This document shows positions 47,414 to 56,729 of a stretch of 64,000 nt of DNA, one piece after another (positions within the stretch are counted from its first letter, which is position 1; every line of letters starts with the position of its first letter). The DNA comes from an uncultured Chloroflexia bacterium (GTDB taxonomy: Bacteria > Chloroflexota > Limnocylindria > QHBO01): positions 7,765 to 71,764 of the forward strand of contig CAWBBG010000009.1 in assembly GCA_963787025.1 (NCBI GenBank). The letters are read 5' to 3'. A model generated the notes under the pieces. The model worked only from the letters and a program-made list of their open reading frames with translations. It was not told where the DNA came from and did not search any database. A program made the position numbers and the translations under genes.

Positions 47414-48312
47414 CGCCTGACGCCAAGGGGACCATCGTGCTCCCCGGGCCCGTCGAGCTCGCCGCCACGCTCTGGCCGCTGGCCCACGGCACCGGCGATC
47501 CAGCGATCCGCTTCGGAGCGGATGGCGTCTGGCGGGCGTCCCGCCTCCCCTCGGGCCCGACCACCATGCAACTCCGCCAGGTCGCGGTCGACCGCATCGA
47601 GGTTCATGCCTGGGGTCCCGGGGCCGACGAGGCGATCGCCGTCGCCGGCGAGCTGGTCGGCGCGCTCGACGATCCGGCGGCGCTCGTCCCGCGCCACGCG
47701 GTGCTTCGCGATACGGTGCGCCGGCATCCCGGGCTGCGGCTGCCGCGCTCGCGTCGTGTCTTCGAGGCGCTCCTGCCGGCCATCTGCGAGCAGAAGGTGA
47801 CCGGGGTCGAGGCCCGCCGCGCCTACCGCGCGCTGATCCGCGCCCACGGCGACCCGGCGCCTGGACCACCGGGCCTGCGGCTGGCGCCGGATCCCGCGCG
47901 GCTCGCCAGCCTCCCGTCGTACGACTTCCACACCTTCGGAATCGAGCGGCGCCGAGCCGAGATCATCCGGCGGGCGGCGCGGCTCGCCACGCGCCTGGAA
48001 TCCGCGGAAACGGCGCAGGAGTTGGACACGCTCCTTCGCTCGATACCCGGCATCGGGCCGTGGACGAGCGCCGAGGTCCGCCGCGTCGTGCTGGGCGACC
48101 CGGACGCAATCAGCATCGGCGATTACCACGTCCCCGACCTGGTGGCCTGGGCGCTCGCCGGGGAGGCGCGGGCGGACGACGCGCGCATGCTTGCGCTGCT
48201 TGAGCCCTACGTCGGGCAGCGCGGACGCGTCCAGCGCCTGCTGGAAGCATCGGGGATCCGGCTGCCGCGCTTCGGTCCACGTACCGCGCCGCGCAGCATC
48301 GCCGCCGTATGA
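47410..48312 (+). CDS. HhH-GPD DNA glycosylase (AlkA-like)
   Basis: FEALLPAICEQKV, LRSIPGIGPWTSAEV, GDPDAISIGDYH; ATGA overlap. Confidence 0.88.
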   Translation: MTPDAKGTIVLPGPVELAATLWPLAHGTGDPAIRFGADGVWRASRLPSGPTTMQLRQVAVDRIEVHAWGPGADEAIAVAGELVGALDDPAALVPRHAVLRDTVRRHPGLRLPRSRRVFEALLPAICEQKVTGVEARRAYRALIRAHGDPAPGPPGLRLAPDPARLASLPSYDFHTFGIERRRAEIIRRAARLATRLESAETAQELDTLLRSIPGIGPWTSAEVRRVVLGDPDAISIGDYHVPDLVAWALAGEARADDARMLALLEPYVGQRGRVQRLLEASGIRLPRFGPRTAPRSIAAV

Positions 48313-48352
48313 GGATCGCACCGGCCACGGTCGGCACGACTGGCGACGTGGC

Positions 48353-49627
48353 CTACAGGAAGTGGATCCTGCGCGCGGCGTGCTCCAGCTCGTCGCGGAA
48401 GTCCGGGTGGGCGATGGCGATCAGGGCCCGCGCCCGCTCGGCGATGCTCCGGCCGTGGAGCTCCGCGACGCCCCACTCGGTCACGATGGTCCGAGCGTGC
48501 GCCCGGGTCGTCACGACGCCCGCGCCCTCGCGCAGGAACGGGTGCGATCCGCGAGATGGTTCCGTTCGACGCGGTCGAGGGGAGCGCGATGATGGCGCGG
48601 CCCTCCGGTGCCAGCGAGGCGCCCCGCACGAAGTCCATCTGGCCGCCGACGCCCGAGTAGAAGCGCGGACCGATCGAGTCGGCGACGACCTGCCCGGTGA
48701 GGTCCACCTCGATCGCCGAGTTGATGGCCGTCATCCGGCGCAGCTTGCGGATGACCGCGGTGTCGTTGGTGTAGTCGACGCCGCGCATCTCGACCATGGG
48801 GTTGCGGTCCACGAAGTCGTAGAGGCGCGACGTCCCCATCACGAACGTGGCGACCATCTTGTAGCGGTTGATCTCCTTCGCCGCGCCGGTCAGCGCGCCC
48901 GCACTCCACGAGGGGCAGGACCGCGTCGGTGAACATCTCGGTGTGGATCCCCAGGTCGTGCTTGTCGGTGAGCGCCTGGGCGGCCGCGGACGGGATGGCC
49001 CCGATGCCCAAGCTGCAGGGTCGCCCCGTCCGGCACGAGCTCGGCGATGTGCTCGCCGATGCGCCGCTCCACCTCGCCGATCGGCGGCTCCGGCACCTCG
49101 TAGGGCGGCTGGCTCACCTCGGTGGCGAAGTCGATCTGGGAGACGTGGATGCAGCTGTCGCCCATGGTGCGCGGCATCTGGTCGTTGAGCTGGGCGATGA
49201 CCGTCTTCGCGCTGCGCACCGCCGCCAGGTTGGCCAGGACGCTGGTCCCCAGCGAGCAGAAGCCGTGGCGGTCGGGGGTGCTGACGTTGAGGAGCACCGC
49301 GTCGAGCGGCATACGCCGCTGGCTGAACAGGTCCGGCACGTCGGAGAGGAAGACCGGGATGTACTGGGCGCGGCCCTCGTTGACGGCCTGGCGCGCGTTC
49401 GGACCGATGAACAGGGCCTGGTGGAGGAAGTGGCCCTCCATCTCCGGCGCGAGGTGCGGCGCGGGTCCCTCGATGTGGAAGTGTGCAATGCGGACGCCCT
49501 CGAGCTCATCCGCGCGGTCGACCAGCGCCTGGAGGAGGACCGAAGGCGTCGCGGCGGCGTCGTGGACCCAAAGCTGCTGCCCGGAGGCAATGGAGGCGAC
49601 CGCCTCCGCGGGGCTGACGATCTGCAT
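48353..49627 (-). CDS. Acetyl-CoA hydrolase / 4-hydroxybutyrate CoA-transferase family protein; frameshifts near 49015, 48895, 48545
   Basis: STPDRHGFCSLGTS, VPDGATLQLG-IGAIP, LGIHTEMF, INSAIEVDLTGQV.ADS, SGVGGQMDF.RGA, VTTRAHARTIVTEWG, IAHPDFR. Confidence 0.9.
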
Positions 49628-49679
49628 GGCCCGAGTCTACGGCTCCCCTGCGCCCGAACGCGAGGGGCGCAGGGCACCA

Positions 49680-49713
49680 GAGCACGGACCGATCGGCCGG
49701 TCGGCCCGTGCTC
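49680..49713. promoter_or_regulatory. Inverted repeat in the divergent promoter region between the CoA-transferase and the GNAT
   Basis: GAGCACGG-ACCGATC-GGCC-GGTCGGC-CCGTGCTC. Confidence 0.45.
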
Positions 49714-49756
49714 TTCGGCACTCCCGAGAGTGAGCCCGCCGCGCGACGATGCGCAC

Positions 49757-50251
49757 ATGGAGCAGGGACCCATCCTGGTTCGTCATGCCCGCTTCCGGGA
49801 TGCGGCGGCGCTGGTCGCCTTCTACGCACGCCTCTCGCCGGAGAGCCGCGGGCTGCGCTTCATGGGGGCGACCCGCGGCATCACCCTCAGCCAGGCGCTC
49901 GCCTTCGCGAGAGCCGCGAGCCTCGGCAGCGACGGGTTCGTGGCCATCGAGCGCGCGAGCGGGCTCGTCGTCGGCCACATCTGCCTCGCATTCCTGCGGG
50001 CCGGCGTCGAGGAGGTGGGAGTGGCGGTCGACGACGGGTTCCAGCGACACGGGATCGGACGAGCGTTGCTGCGCGCCGCGGTGGGCTCCGCGCGTCGTCG
50101 CGGGCTCGTGACCCTCGAGGCACGCATGCTTTCCGGCAACACGGGGATCCATCGGCTCCTGCAAGGCGCCGGCATCCCCTGGCGTCGCCGTCCCGCCAAT
50201 GGTGGTGCGGAGATCCTCAGCCTGGACCTCGCTGCGGCGGCTGCGGCCTGA
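49757..50251 (+). CDS. GNAT family N-acetyltransferase (resembles the GNAT domain of Pat-type protein acetyltransferases)
   Basis: RLSPESR.LRF, EEVGVAVDDGFQRHGIG..LL, L.A.ML.GN..I.RLL. Confidence 0.88.
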   Translation: MEQGPILVRHARFRDAAALVAFYARLSPESRGLRFMGATRGITLSQALAFARAASLGSDGFVAIERASGLVVGHICLAFLRAGVEEVGVAVDDGFQRHGIGRALLRAAVGSARRRGLVTLEARMLSGNTGIHRLLQGAGIPWRRRPANGGAEILSLDLAAAAAA

Positions 50252-50662
50252 TCAGCCGCCCACCACCTCCAGCTCGCTGACCTCGAGCTCCTCCAGCCCT
50301 TCGCGCAGCCGATCCACCTGGCGCTGCTCATCCGCGCCCAGCGCCTGGAAACGTTCAGCCACCTCGCCCTCGCCATCCTGGTACGCCTGCGACGCGAAGC
50401 GCGGGTAGAGGCTGCGGTGTTCGGCCACCTCGCCGGAGATCGCGGCCCGCAGGTTCTGCCGCGTGGTACCGACCAGGCCGACCAGCGCCGCGAGCTGCCG
50501 GAAATGCTCCTTCCGCTCCAGGAGCGCGGTGGCGCCGAACAGCTCCGAGATCCGCTCGTGGCCCTCCTCCCGTGCCTGGTCGGCGAACAGCTGATAGCGC
50601 AGGGCCGCCAGCGCCTCGCCGGCAAGCGCGGCTTCCACGTTGAATCGCGTCCTGCTCTGCAT
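50252..50662 (-). CDS. Rubrerythrin-like ferritin-fold protein without rubredoxin domain
   Basis: AALAGEA.A..RY.LFA..A.EEG, EH, NL.AAI.GE..E...LYP.FA..A..DG; GGGAGG RBS. Confidence 0.85.
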   Translation of the reverse strand: MQSRTRFNVEAALAGEALAALRYQLFADQAREEGHERISELFGATALLERKEHFRQLAALVGLVGTTRQNLRAAISGEVAEHRSLYPRFASQAYQDGEGEVAERFQALGADEQRQVDRLREGLEELEVSELEVVGG

Positions 50663-50898
50663 TGATCGCCTCCCGATCTCGTGGCCGCGCGTGGCCGGTC
50701 CCGCGAGCACCGCATGCGGCGAGCCCGGATCGTCCGTCTTCCGTGGACCTCAGCGTCTTCCCAAACCCCGTGCCGCGACCACGGGCGGTGCGCCCGAGCC
50801 GGTGGACCCTTCGGCACCTTCGAAGGAGACGGATGGCTCTCGCTGCGTGGAACAGCTTGGCGGAGTCTGGCCCCATAGACCGCCGGAGGTGGCTCGGG

Positions 50899-51840
50899 AT
50901 GCGCGTCCTCCTTGCCTACGATGGATCGGCCGGCGCCGAAGCGGCCCGCGAGCTGCTCGGCCACCTGCGGCTGCCGGCGGGTGCCGTGGTCGCGGTGGTC
51001 GCCGCCCTCGAGTCTGCGCCCGACCTGTTCGGAGCACCCGAGACGGGGCTGATCCCCGGCGACTCGGGCGAAGCGGAGCGCCGGCTGGTCAAGGATCTCG
51101 ACCGGCAGCTCTGGAACGTCGGGGCGCTGCTGCGTGCCCCGGATCGCGGCTGCGAGGCCCGGGTCCTGCGAGGCCGTCCGGCGAGCGCTCTCGTCGATGA
51201 GGCGAAGCGCTGGGAGGCGGACCTGATCGTGATCGGAAGCCGTGGCCACGGCCCGCTCGAGTCCCTGCTCCTGGGCTCGGTCTCCGCGGAGGTCGTGGAT
51301 CACGCTCCCTGCCCCGTGCTCGTGGTGCGCCACCCCACCGCCCGGCGCATGCTGCTGGGCGTCGACGGCTCAGACAGCGCCCACCGCGCGGTGGCCACCC
51401 TGGCGGCCTGGCGGCTGCTCCACGCGGTGCCGACCACCGTCGTGGCCGTGCTGGAGCCGGTGGCTTCCTGGCCGGTCGCGCTGGGCGGCGCCTTCGCGCC
51501 GACCGTCGTAACCCTGGTTGACGGGACCTACGACGACCGCAGGAAGACGCTGCGTGGTGTGGTGGCCGAGGCGCTCGCAACGCTGCGCGGGGCGGGCATG
51601 ATCGCGGAGGGGGAGATCCGCGAGGGCGACCCCGCCAACGAGCTGGTCAAGGCATGCGCCGAGCACGCGGCGGACCTGGTCGTGGTCGGCACCCGCGGGC
51701 TTGGGACGCTCGGCCGCATCCTGCTGGGCAGCGTCGCACGCAAGGTCCTGCTGCACACCGATGCGTCCGTCCTCGTCGTCCGACCGGTACGAGTCGAGTC
51801 CGAGGTCCGTGACCACGCGCGGGGCCTGGCGACCGTCTGA
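50899..51840 (+). CDS. Tandem universal stress protein
   Basis: RVLLAYDGS, ADLIVIGSRGHG....LLGSVS..V..HAPCPVLVV; second domain LLGVDGS...VVGTRGLG...LLGSVA. Confidence 0.93.
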   Translation: MRVLLAYDGSAGAEAARELLGHLRLPAGAVVAVVAALESAPDLFGAPETGLIPGDSGEAERRLVKDLDRQLWNVGALLRAPDRGCEARVLRGRPASALVDEAKRWEADLIVIGSRGHGPLESLLLGSVSAEVVDHAPCPVLVVRHPTARRMLLGVDGSDSAHRAVATLAAWRLLHAVPTTVVAVLEPVASWPVALGGAFAPTVVTLVDGTYDDRRKTLRGVVAEALATLRGAGMIAEGEIREGDPANELVKACAEHAADLVVVGTRGLGTLGRILLGSVARKVLLHTDASVLVVRPVRVESEVRDHARGLATV

Positions 51841-52010
51841 GCTTCGCGCGTCACACAACCGTCATCGCGACGACGCGCCTCCGTCGCGGGCGCGTTCACA
51901 TCGGTACACGGGGCATCTCGAGACTGGGCCACGGATCCGTCACCGGCAGACGAGAGACGGAGCCGGCACCGGACCCGCCACGCGGTCCACGCACCACCAG
52001 AGGGACACCC

Positions 52011-52427
52011 ATGCGACGCCTACTCGCCAGTCTCGTGGCGGCCACACTCTTCGCGACCATCACGGCCACTGCCGCGTTCGCCGGTAACGGTCCGCCAAGC
52101 GGAATGATCTACGCCGGCGACCAGCTGTATCGAACCGTCGTCACCCCGACGGACTTCTCCAACACCGGCGCACCCGACAGCAGCTACGAGCCCATCTACA
52201 AGATCGACACCCAGGACGCCAACGTCGCGTTCGCGGCGCCGGGTGAGCCGGGCTTCAGGGGTGGACGGTGGCAGGTCTTCCAGGTGACCTGGAACGTTGC
52301 CCCGTACGAAATCACCAACGGGACGGCGGTGCTTGCCGCGAAGGCGAAGGGCGACCTGACCATTGGCACCGTCCCACTCAAGCAGTTCGAGTGCCCGCTG
52401 ATTCCCCTGCCGCACGGCGCGCACTGA
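52011..52427 (+). CDS. Small secreted protein of unknown function
   Basis: Signal peptide ending AAFA; APGEPGFRGGRWQV..VTW and FECPLIP motifs. Confidence 0.75.
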   Translation: MRRLLASLVAATLFATITATAAFAGNGPPSGMIYAGDQLYRTVVTPTDFSNTGAPDSSYEPIYKIDTQDANVAFAAPGEPGFRGGRWQVFQVTWNVAPYEITNGTAVLAAKAKGDLTIGTVPLKQFECPLIPLPHGAH

Positions 52428-52455
52428 TCGGCTGCAGCTGATCGGACCGCATCAC

Positions 52456-52485
52456 GAACGGCCCCGCCGCAAGGCGGGGCCGTTC
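52456..52485. terminator. Perfect 13-bp hairpin with GCAA tetraloop between convergent genes (bidirectional terminator candidate)
   Basis: GAACGGCCCCGCC-GCAA-GGCGGGGCCGTTC. Confidence 0.8.
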
Positions 52486-52504
52486 TCCTCCGTGGCCGCG
52501 ACGA

Positions 52505-53023
52505 TCAGGGCTTGACGGCCTCCCAGTTGGTGTAGACCCCGTTGGCATCCCCCGCTGCGTTGTCACCCGAGAAGAAGTAGAGCGGGAGGCCGTTGTACGT
52601 CACCTGGAGCGAGCCGTCGTCGGCGCGGGTGATGGTGCCCAGCTGGCCGGTCACGCCATCGCCGCCCGTGGGCGATGCGCCCGGCGGAACGGTGAGCGCG
52701 GGCCAGGTCTGGAGGCAGCCGCCGGTGCAGTTGCTGGTGCCGCTGTCCGGAACGTCCTTGGTGAAGGTGTAGACCGTCCGGCCGCTCGCCCCGTCCACGA
52801 GGACGACGCCGATGCTACCCACCGACGTGGCCATGACGGTCGCGGCTGTCGGGGAGCCGGCGGTGGATTGGGTGGCCGTCGCGGCCGCCGTTTCGGTGGT
52901 GGTCGCCTGCGCCTGCGAGGCGGATGGTGTCCCCCCAGTTGCGCTGCAGGCGCCCAGGATGAGGGGTGCGAGGAAGCCGAGGGCGGCGATGCGAAGGGTC
53001 GGGCGCATGGATTCAGGCCTCAT
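52505..53023 (-). CDS. Lipoprotein with Y-X4-D repeats (COG4315-like)
   Basis: Lipobox LGAC; GRTVYTFTKD, SNCTGGC..TWP, QVTYNG.PLYFFSGD..AGD.NG. Confidence 0.88.
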   Translation of the reverse strand: MRPESMRPTLRIAALGFLAPLILGACSATGGTPSASQAQATTTETAAATATQSTAGSPTAATVMATSVGSIGVVLVDGASGRTVYTFTKDVPDSGTSNCTGGCLQTWPALTVPPGASPTGGDGVTGQLGTITRADDGSLQVTYNGLPLYFFSGDNAAGDANGVYTNWEAVKP

Positions 53024-53104
53024 TGCGGTGTCGTCTGTGCGCCGCTCTGCCGTCGGCGACACCATTGCTACGCGCCGGGTTTCACACCGATTGGTGCGAG
53101 CAGC

Positions 53105-53329
53105 TCAGCCGAAGAGGTGGAGCACCGCCCCGGCCAGCCAGAAGAGCACGACCAGGCCCGCCAGGACCGCGAGGACCAGCAGCACGGTGCGGAGGCAACC
53201 CGGCCGCGGTCGCGGATCATCGTCTCGAGGACCGGTGCCATAGTCGCGCAGGGCATCGGCACCACGGGCGGCCTCCGGGCTCGCGCCCTGCGTCCCGACA
53301 CCGCCGCCGCCGGTCGATCCCCAGCTCAA
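53105..53329 (-). CDS. Small single-TM membrane protein
   Basis: C-terminal GCLRTVLLVLAVLAGLVVLFWLAGAVLHLFG; start uncertain. Confidence 0.5.
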   Translation of the reverse strand: MSWGSTGGGGVGTQGASPEAARGADALRDYGTGPRDDDPRPRPGCLRTVLLVLAVLAGLVVLFWLAGAVLHLFG

Positions 53330-53417
53330 TCCGCACCCTCCGCCGTTCGGACCCGCGCAGCATAGCCCCCCGGCGGGCCGTTGAGCCCGAGGCTTCGTGC
53401 CTTCCGGCCCTCGGATA

Positions 53418-53435
53418 TCTCACGCCAGACTGAGA
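53418..53435. promoter_or_regulatory. Putative ArsR operator, inverted repeat TCTCA-N8-TGAGA
   Basis: AT-richer palindrome immediately upstream of the arsR-like start; autoregulation is typical of ArsR/SmtB. Confidence 0.5.
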
Positions 53436-53449
53436 CAGTGACGGCTGAG

Positions 53450-53788
53450 ATGATACGTGAAGTCGAGGAGCTTCCCCTCCTCCCAAACCCGCGCCTGGAT
53501 ATCGCGGCGCCCGACGTCGCCGGCGCCGTCGCTGCCGCGTCGCTCCTTGCTGATCGGACACGCGCCGGCATCCTGCGCCTGCTGCGGGACGGCCCGCACT
53601 GCGTCTGCGAGATGGCGTCCGCCCTGGATGAGCGCCAGAACAACGTGAGCAACCACCTCGCCCGTCTGCGGGACGCTGGATTCGTCCAGGCCATCCGCCA
53701 CGGGGCGGACGCCCGCTGGGTCTACTACGAGCGGGACGAGGAGGCAATCGCCGCTGCCCGCGAGCTGCTGCGCGAGGTGACCGGATGA
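53450..53788 (+). CDS. arsR: ArsR/SmtB family regulator
   Basis: LADRTR..IL.LL..GPHCVCEM...L...QNNVSNHL..LR.AG.V; CxC metal site. Confidence 0.88.
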   Translation: MIREVEELPLLPNPRLDIAAPDVAGAVAAASLLADRTRAGILRLLRDGPHCVCEMASALDERQNNVSNHLARLRDAGFVQAIRHGADARWVYYERDEEAIAAARELLREVTG

Positions 53789-54831
53789 CCGCCTCCGCAC
53801 TTCGGCGCACGCATCTCCCGGCTGGCGGAGTGGCGCTGCTGGCCGGCGGAGCCTGGGTGGTGGCCTGGTTCGGGAACCTTCCCGCCGCCAACTGGTTCGC
53901 CTTCGATCTGCTGGGCCTGCAGCCGGGCACCCACCTTGGCGACGCGGTCGCCTTCTTCGTCTACGACGTCCCCAAGGTGCTGCTCCTGCTGCTGGGGATC
54001 GTCACTCTGGTCACCTTCGCGCGCAGCTACTTCCCTGCGGAGCGCGTGCGGGCTGCCCTGGCAGGGCGCGGAGCGCTCACCGGGACGGTCGCGGCCGCCG
54101 GTTTCGGGGTCATCACCCCGTTCTGCAGCTGCTCCGCCGTTCCCCTCTTCATCGGCTTCGTGGAGGCCGGGATTCCCATGGGCGTGACCTTCGCCTTCCT
54201 CATCAGCTCGCCCATGGTCAACGAGGTCGCCCTGGTCCTGCTGTGGGGCCTTTTCGGCCCGGGCATCGCGTTGCTGTACATGGCCGCGGGCCTGTCGGTG
54301 GCCATCGTCGGCGGGCTCGTCCTCGGCCGGCTTCCAATCGAGCGCTGGATCGAGCCGTGGGTCCTGGAGATCCGGAGTGGCGGAGGCGCAGCCCCGGAGG
54401 GGATCCGGCCGAGCGTTGATGAGCGTCTTCGAGACGCCTGGGCCTACACCAGGGCCCTCGTCTGGAAGGTGGCACCCTACGTCCTGGCCGGAATCGCCAT
54501 TGGTGCCCTCATCCACGGGTACGCGCCCATGGACCTCGTCGCAGGCATCGGCGGGCGTGACAACCCGCTGGCGGTTCCCCTGGTGATCGTGCTGGCAGTG
54601 CCGCTCTACTCGAACGCGGCGGGCACCATTCCCATCGTCGAGGCGCTGCTCGGCAAGGGCATGCCGCTCGGCACAACCCTCGCATTCATGATGGCGGTGG
54701 TCGCCATCAGCCTGCCCGAGTTCATCATCCTGAGGAAGGTCATGCGTCTCCCGCTGCTCGGGCTCTTCGCCGGTGTCGTCGTCGCGGGCATCCTCGCGGT
54801 CGGCATCGGCTTCAACGCTCTTGGACTCTAA
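53785..54831 (+). CDS. ArsP/DUF318-family permease
   Basis: TPFCSCSAVPLF.G, FAFLISSP.VNE, VPLYSNAAG.IP, GT.LAFMMAVVAISLPE. Confidence 0.9.
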   Translation: MTASALRRTHLPAGGVALLAGGAWVVAWFGNLPAANWFAFDLLGLQPGTHLGDAVAFFVYDVPKVLLLLLGIVTLVTFARSYFPAERVRAALAGRGALTGTVAAAGFGVITPFCSCSAVPLFIGFVEAGIPMGVTFAFLISSPMVNEVALVLLWGLFGPGIALLYMAAGLSVAIVGGLVLGRLPIERWIEPWVLEIRSGGGAAPEGIRPSVDERLRDAWAYTRALVWKVAPYVLAGIAIGALIHGYAPMDLVAGIGGRDNPLAVPLVIVLAVPLYSNAAGTIPIVEALLGKGMPLGTTLAFMMAVVAISLPEFIILRKVMRLPLLGLFAGVVVAGILAVGIGFNALGL

Positions 54832-54844
54832 GGAGACCGTACTC

Positions 54845-55084
54845 ATGAAGAAGATCGAAGTCCTGGGATCAGGCTGTCCCAACTGCAAGAAGCTCGAGGC
54901 GAACGCTCGCGAGGCGGTCGCCTTGGCCGGGGTCGAGGCGGAGATCATCAAGGTCACCGACTATCGCGAGATCGCGGCACACGGTGTGATGAGCACGCCG
55001 GGCCTGGTCATCGACGGCAAGCTGGTCAGCAGCGGGCGGATCCCCGAAGCGGGCGACATCGCGGGCTGGCTCTTCGAGGGCTGA
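54845..55084 (+). CDS. Small redox-active disulfide (thioredoxin-like) protein
   Basis: AAGGAG RBS; IEVLGSGCPNC, GVMSTPGLVIDGK. Confidence 0.9.
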   Translation: MKKIEVLGSGCPNCKKLEANAREAVALAGVEAEIIKVTDYREIAAHGVMSTPGLVIDGKLVSSGRIPEAGDIAGWLFEG

Positions 55085-55237
55085 GCGACACCACCCAACG
55101 CAGCCAGCAGACGACCCGCGGGCATGCCATCCTGAGCGCATCGACAGCACCGCGCACCGGATGCCGGAGAGCCTCTGCCCTGATGTGATCGCGCCGGCAC
55201 GCGAGATGCGCACACCGCGACCGAGGAGGAGCTCCGC

Positions 55238-56239
55238 GTGTTGAAGCTTGGGTACAAGGCATCAGCCGAGCAGTTCGGACCAGGTGAGCTGCTGCGTTTC
55301 GCGGTCGAGGCCGAGGAAACCGGCTTCGACAGCGTGATGGTCAGCGACCACTTCCAGCCGTGGCGCCACACCGATGGCCACGCCCCGAATGTCTTCGCCT
55401 GGCTGGGCGCCCTGACCCAGGCCACCTCGCGCGTTGCCATCGGCACCAGCGTGGTTACCCCCGCCTATCGCTACAACCCCGCGGTGGTGGCCCAGGCCAT
55501 GGCCACCATCGGCTGCCTGGCACCCGGACGCGAGGTGATCCTGGGGGTGGGCACCGGTGAGTCCATGAACGAGGTGCCGGTGGGCATCGCGTGGCCGGAG
55601 CAGAAGGAGCGCTTCGCCCGGCTCAAGGAGGCGGTGCTCCTCATGCAGGAGCTATGGGACCACGAGTTCGTCACCTACGAGGGGACCTACTACCGCACTC
55701 ATAACGCCACCATCTACGACCTGCCCGATGACCCGGTGAAGGTCTACATCGCCGCCTCCGGGCCGGCGGCCTCGCGTCTTGCCGGACGCATCGCCGACGG
55801 CTTCATCTGCACCTCCGGCAAGGGCATGGACCTCTATCGCGAGACGCTCCTGCCCGCGGTCCTCGAGGGCGCGGAGAAGGCGGGCCGCGACTACCACGCC
55901 ATCGAGAAGACCATCGAGGTCAAGGTCTCCTTCGACACCGATCGCGACCGCGCCATGGCCGACACCCGGCTGTGGGCCGCGCTGGCCCTGCCCGGCGAGG
56001 CGAAGATGGGCGTCGAGGACCCGCGCGAGATGGAGCGCCTGGCGGCCACCGTCGCCGACCAGGCCCACCGTCGCTGGCTGGTAAGCGACGATCCCGCCGA
56101 GCAGGTGGAGCAGATCCGCCCCTACGTGGAGCTGGGTTTCACCCACCTTGTCTTTCACGCTCCCGGCGCCGACCAGTCGCGCTTCCTGCGGCTCTACGGC
56201 GAGAAGATGCTGCCTCTGCTGCGCTCGACCTTCGGCTGA
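55238..56239 (+). CDS. fgd: F420-dependent glucose-6-phosphate dehydrogenase
   Basis: LKLGYKASAEQFGP, VSDHFQPWRH..GHAP, GTSVVTP.YRYNPAVVAQA, GTGESMNE, GFICTSGKG, FHAPGADQ.RFL; GGAGG RBS. Confidence 0.92.
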   Translation: MLKLGYKASAEQFGPGELLRFAVEAEETGFDSVMVSDHFQPWRHTDGHAPNVFAWLGALTQATSRVAIGTSVVTPAYRYNPAVVAQAMATIGCLAPGREVILGVGTGESMNEVPVGIAWPEQKERFARLKEAVLLMQELWDHEFVTYEGTYYRTHNATIYDLPDDPVKVYIAASGPAASRLAGRIADGFICTSGKGMDLYRETLLPAVLEGAEKAGRDYHAIEKTIEVKVSFDTDRDRAMADTRLWAALALPGEAKMGVEDPREMERLAATVADQAHRRWLVSDDPAEQVEQIRPYVELGFTHLVFHAPGADQSRFLRLYGEKMLPLLRSTFG

Positions 56240-56592
56240 AGGCCGGAGGACTTGGCGAGCCATCGTTGAATGCGCATCGCCACGCGCGAGACGCGACGGC
56301 GGTCCCAGTGCCTCAGTGAACCAGAGCGGCCGCCTACAGGGGCAGGGTGCCCGGCGCCTGCTGTGGCTTTGGGCTTTGATGGTCGCGGCGCCAGCGCCCG
56401 ACGGTGACTGCCACCAGGCCTCTGCTGGCAGAACCGGCTATCGAGATGGCGGCGGCGAGGGTCACGGCAGCACCCAGGAGCATCACGTTCCGGCTGGTCC
56501 CAACCGCGGCCGCCGTGAATTCGGCCGATTCATCCGCGGCGGCTCACTACGCGGTGGGGACGTGAGCGTGACTCATCGGCCGCTCCGGATCA

Positions 56593-56609
56593 CATGACCG
56601 ATTGTCATG
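56593..56609. promoter_or_regulatory. Inverted repeat CATGAC-N5-GTCATG upstream of the DUF3494 gene
   Basis: Perfect 6-bp arms in a locally AT-richer intergenic stretch. Confidence 0.35.
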
Positions 56610-56729
56610 ACTGGACGGTGGTCTGCGGGCATGCTTCGGCGAGCGGTCGCTGGCGCACAGGCTGATCATGCGTCCGACCGCGTGCGGAATTGCCCCTGGC
56701 GCTGATCAGTGCGAGGGCGAGAGGACCAC

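Noticed and set aside
56334-56483. 49-aa minus-strand ORF MLLGAAVTLAAAISIAG...
   Set aside because: Partly hydrophobic, but no clear RBS and atypical codon usage; insufficient support
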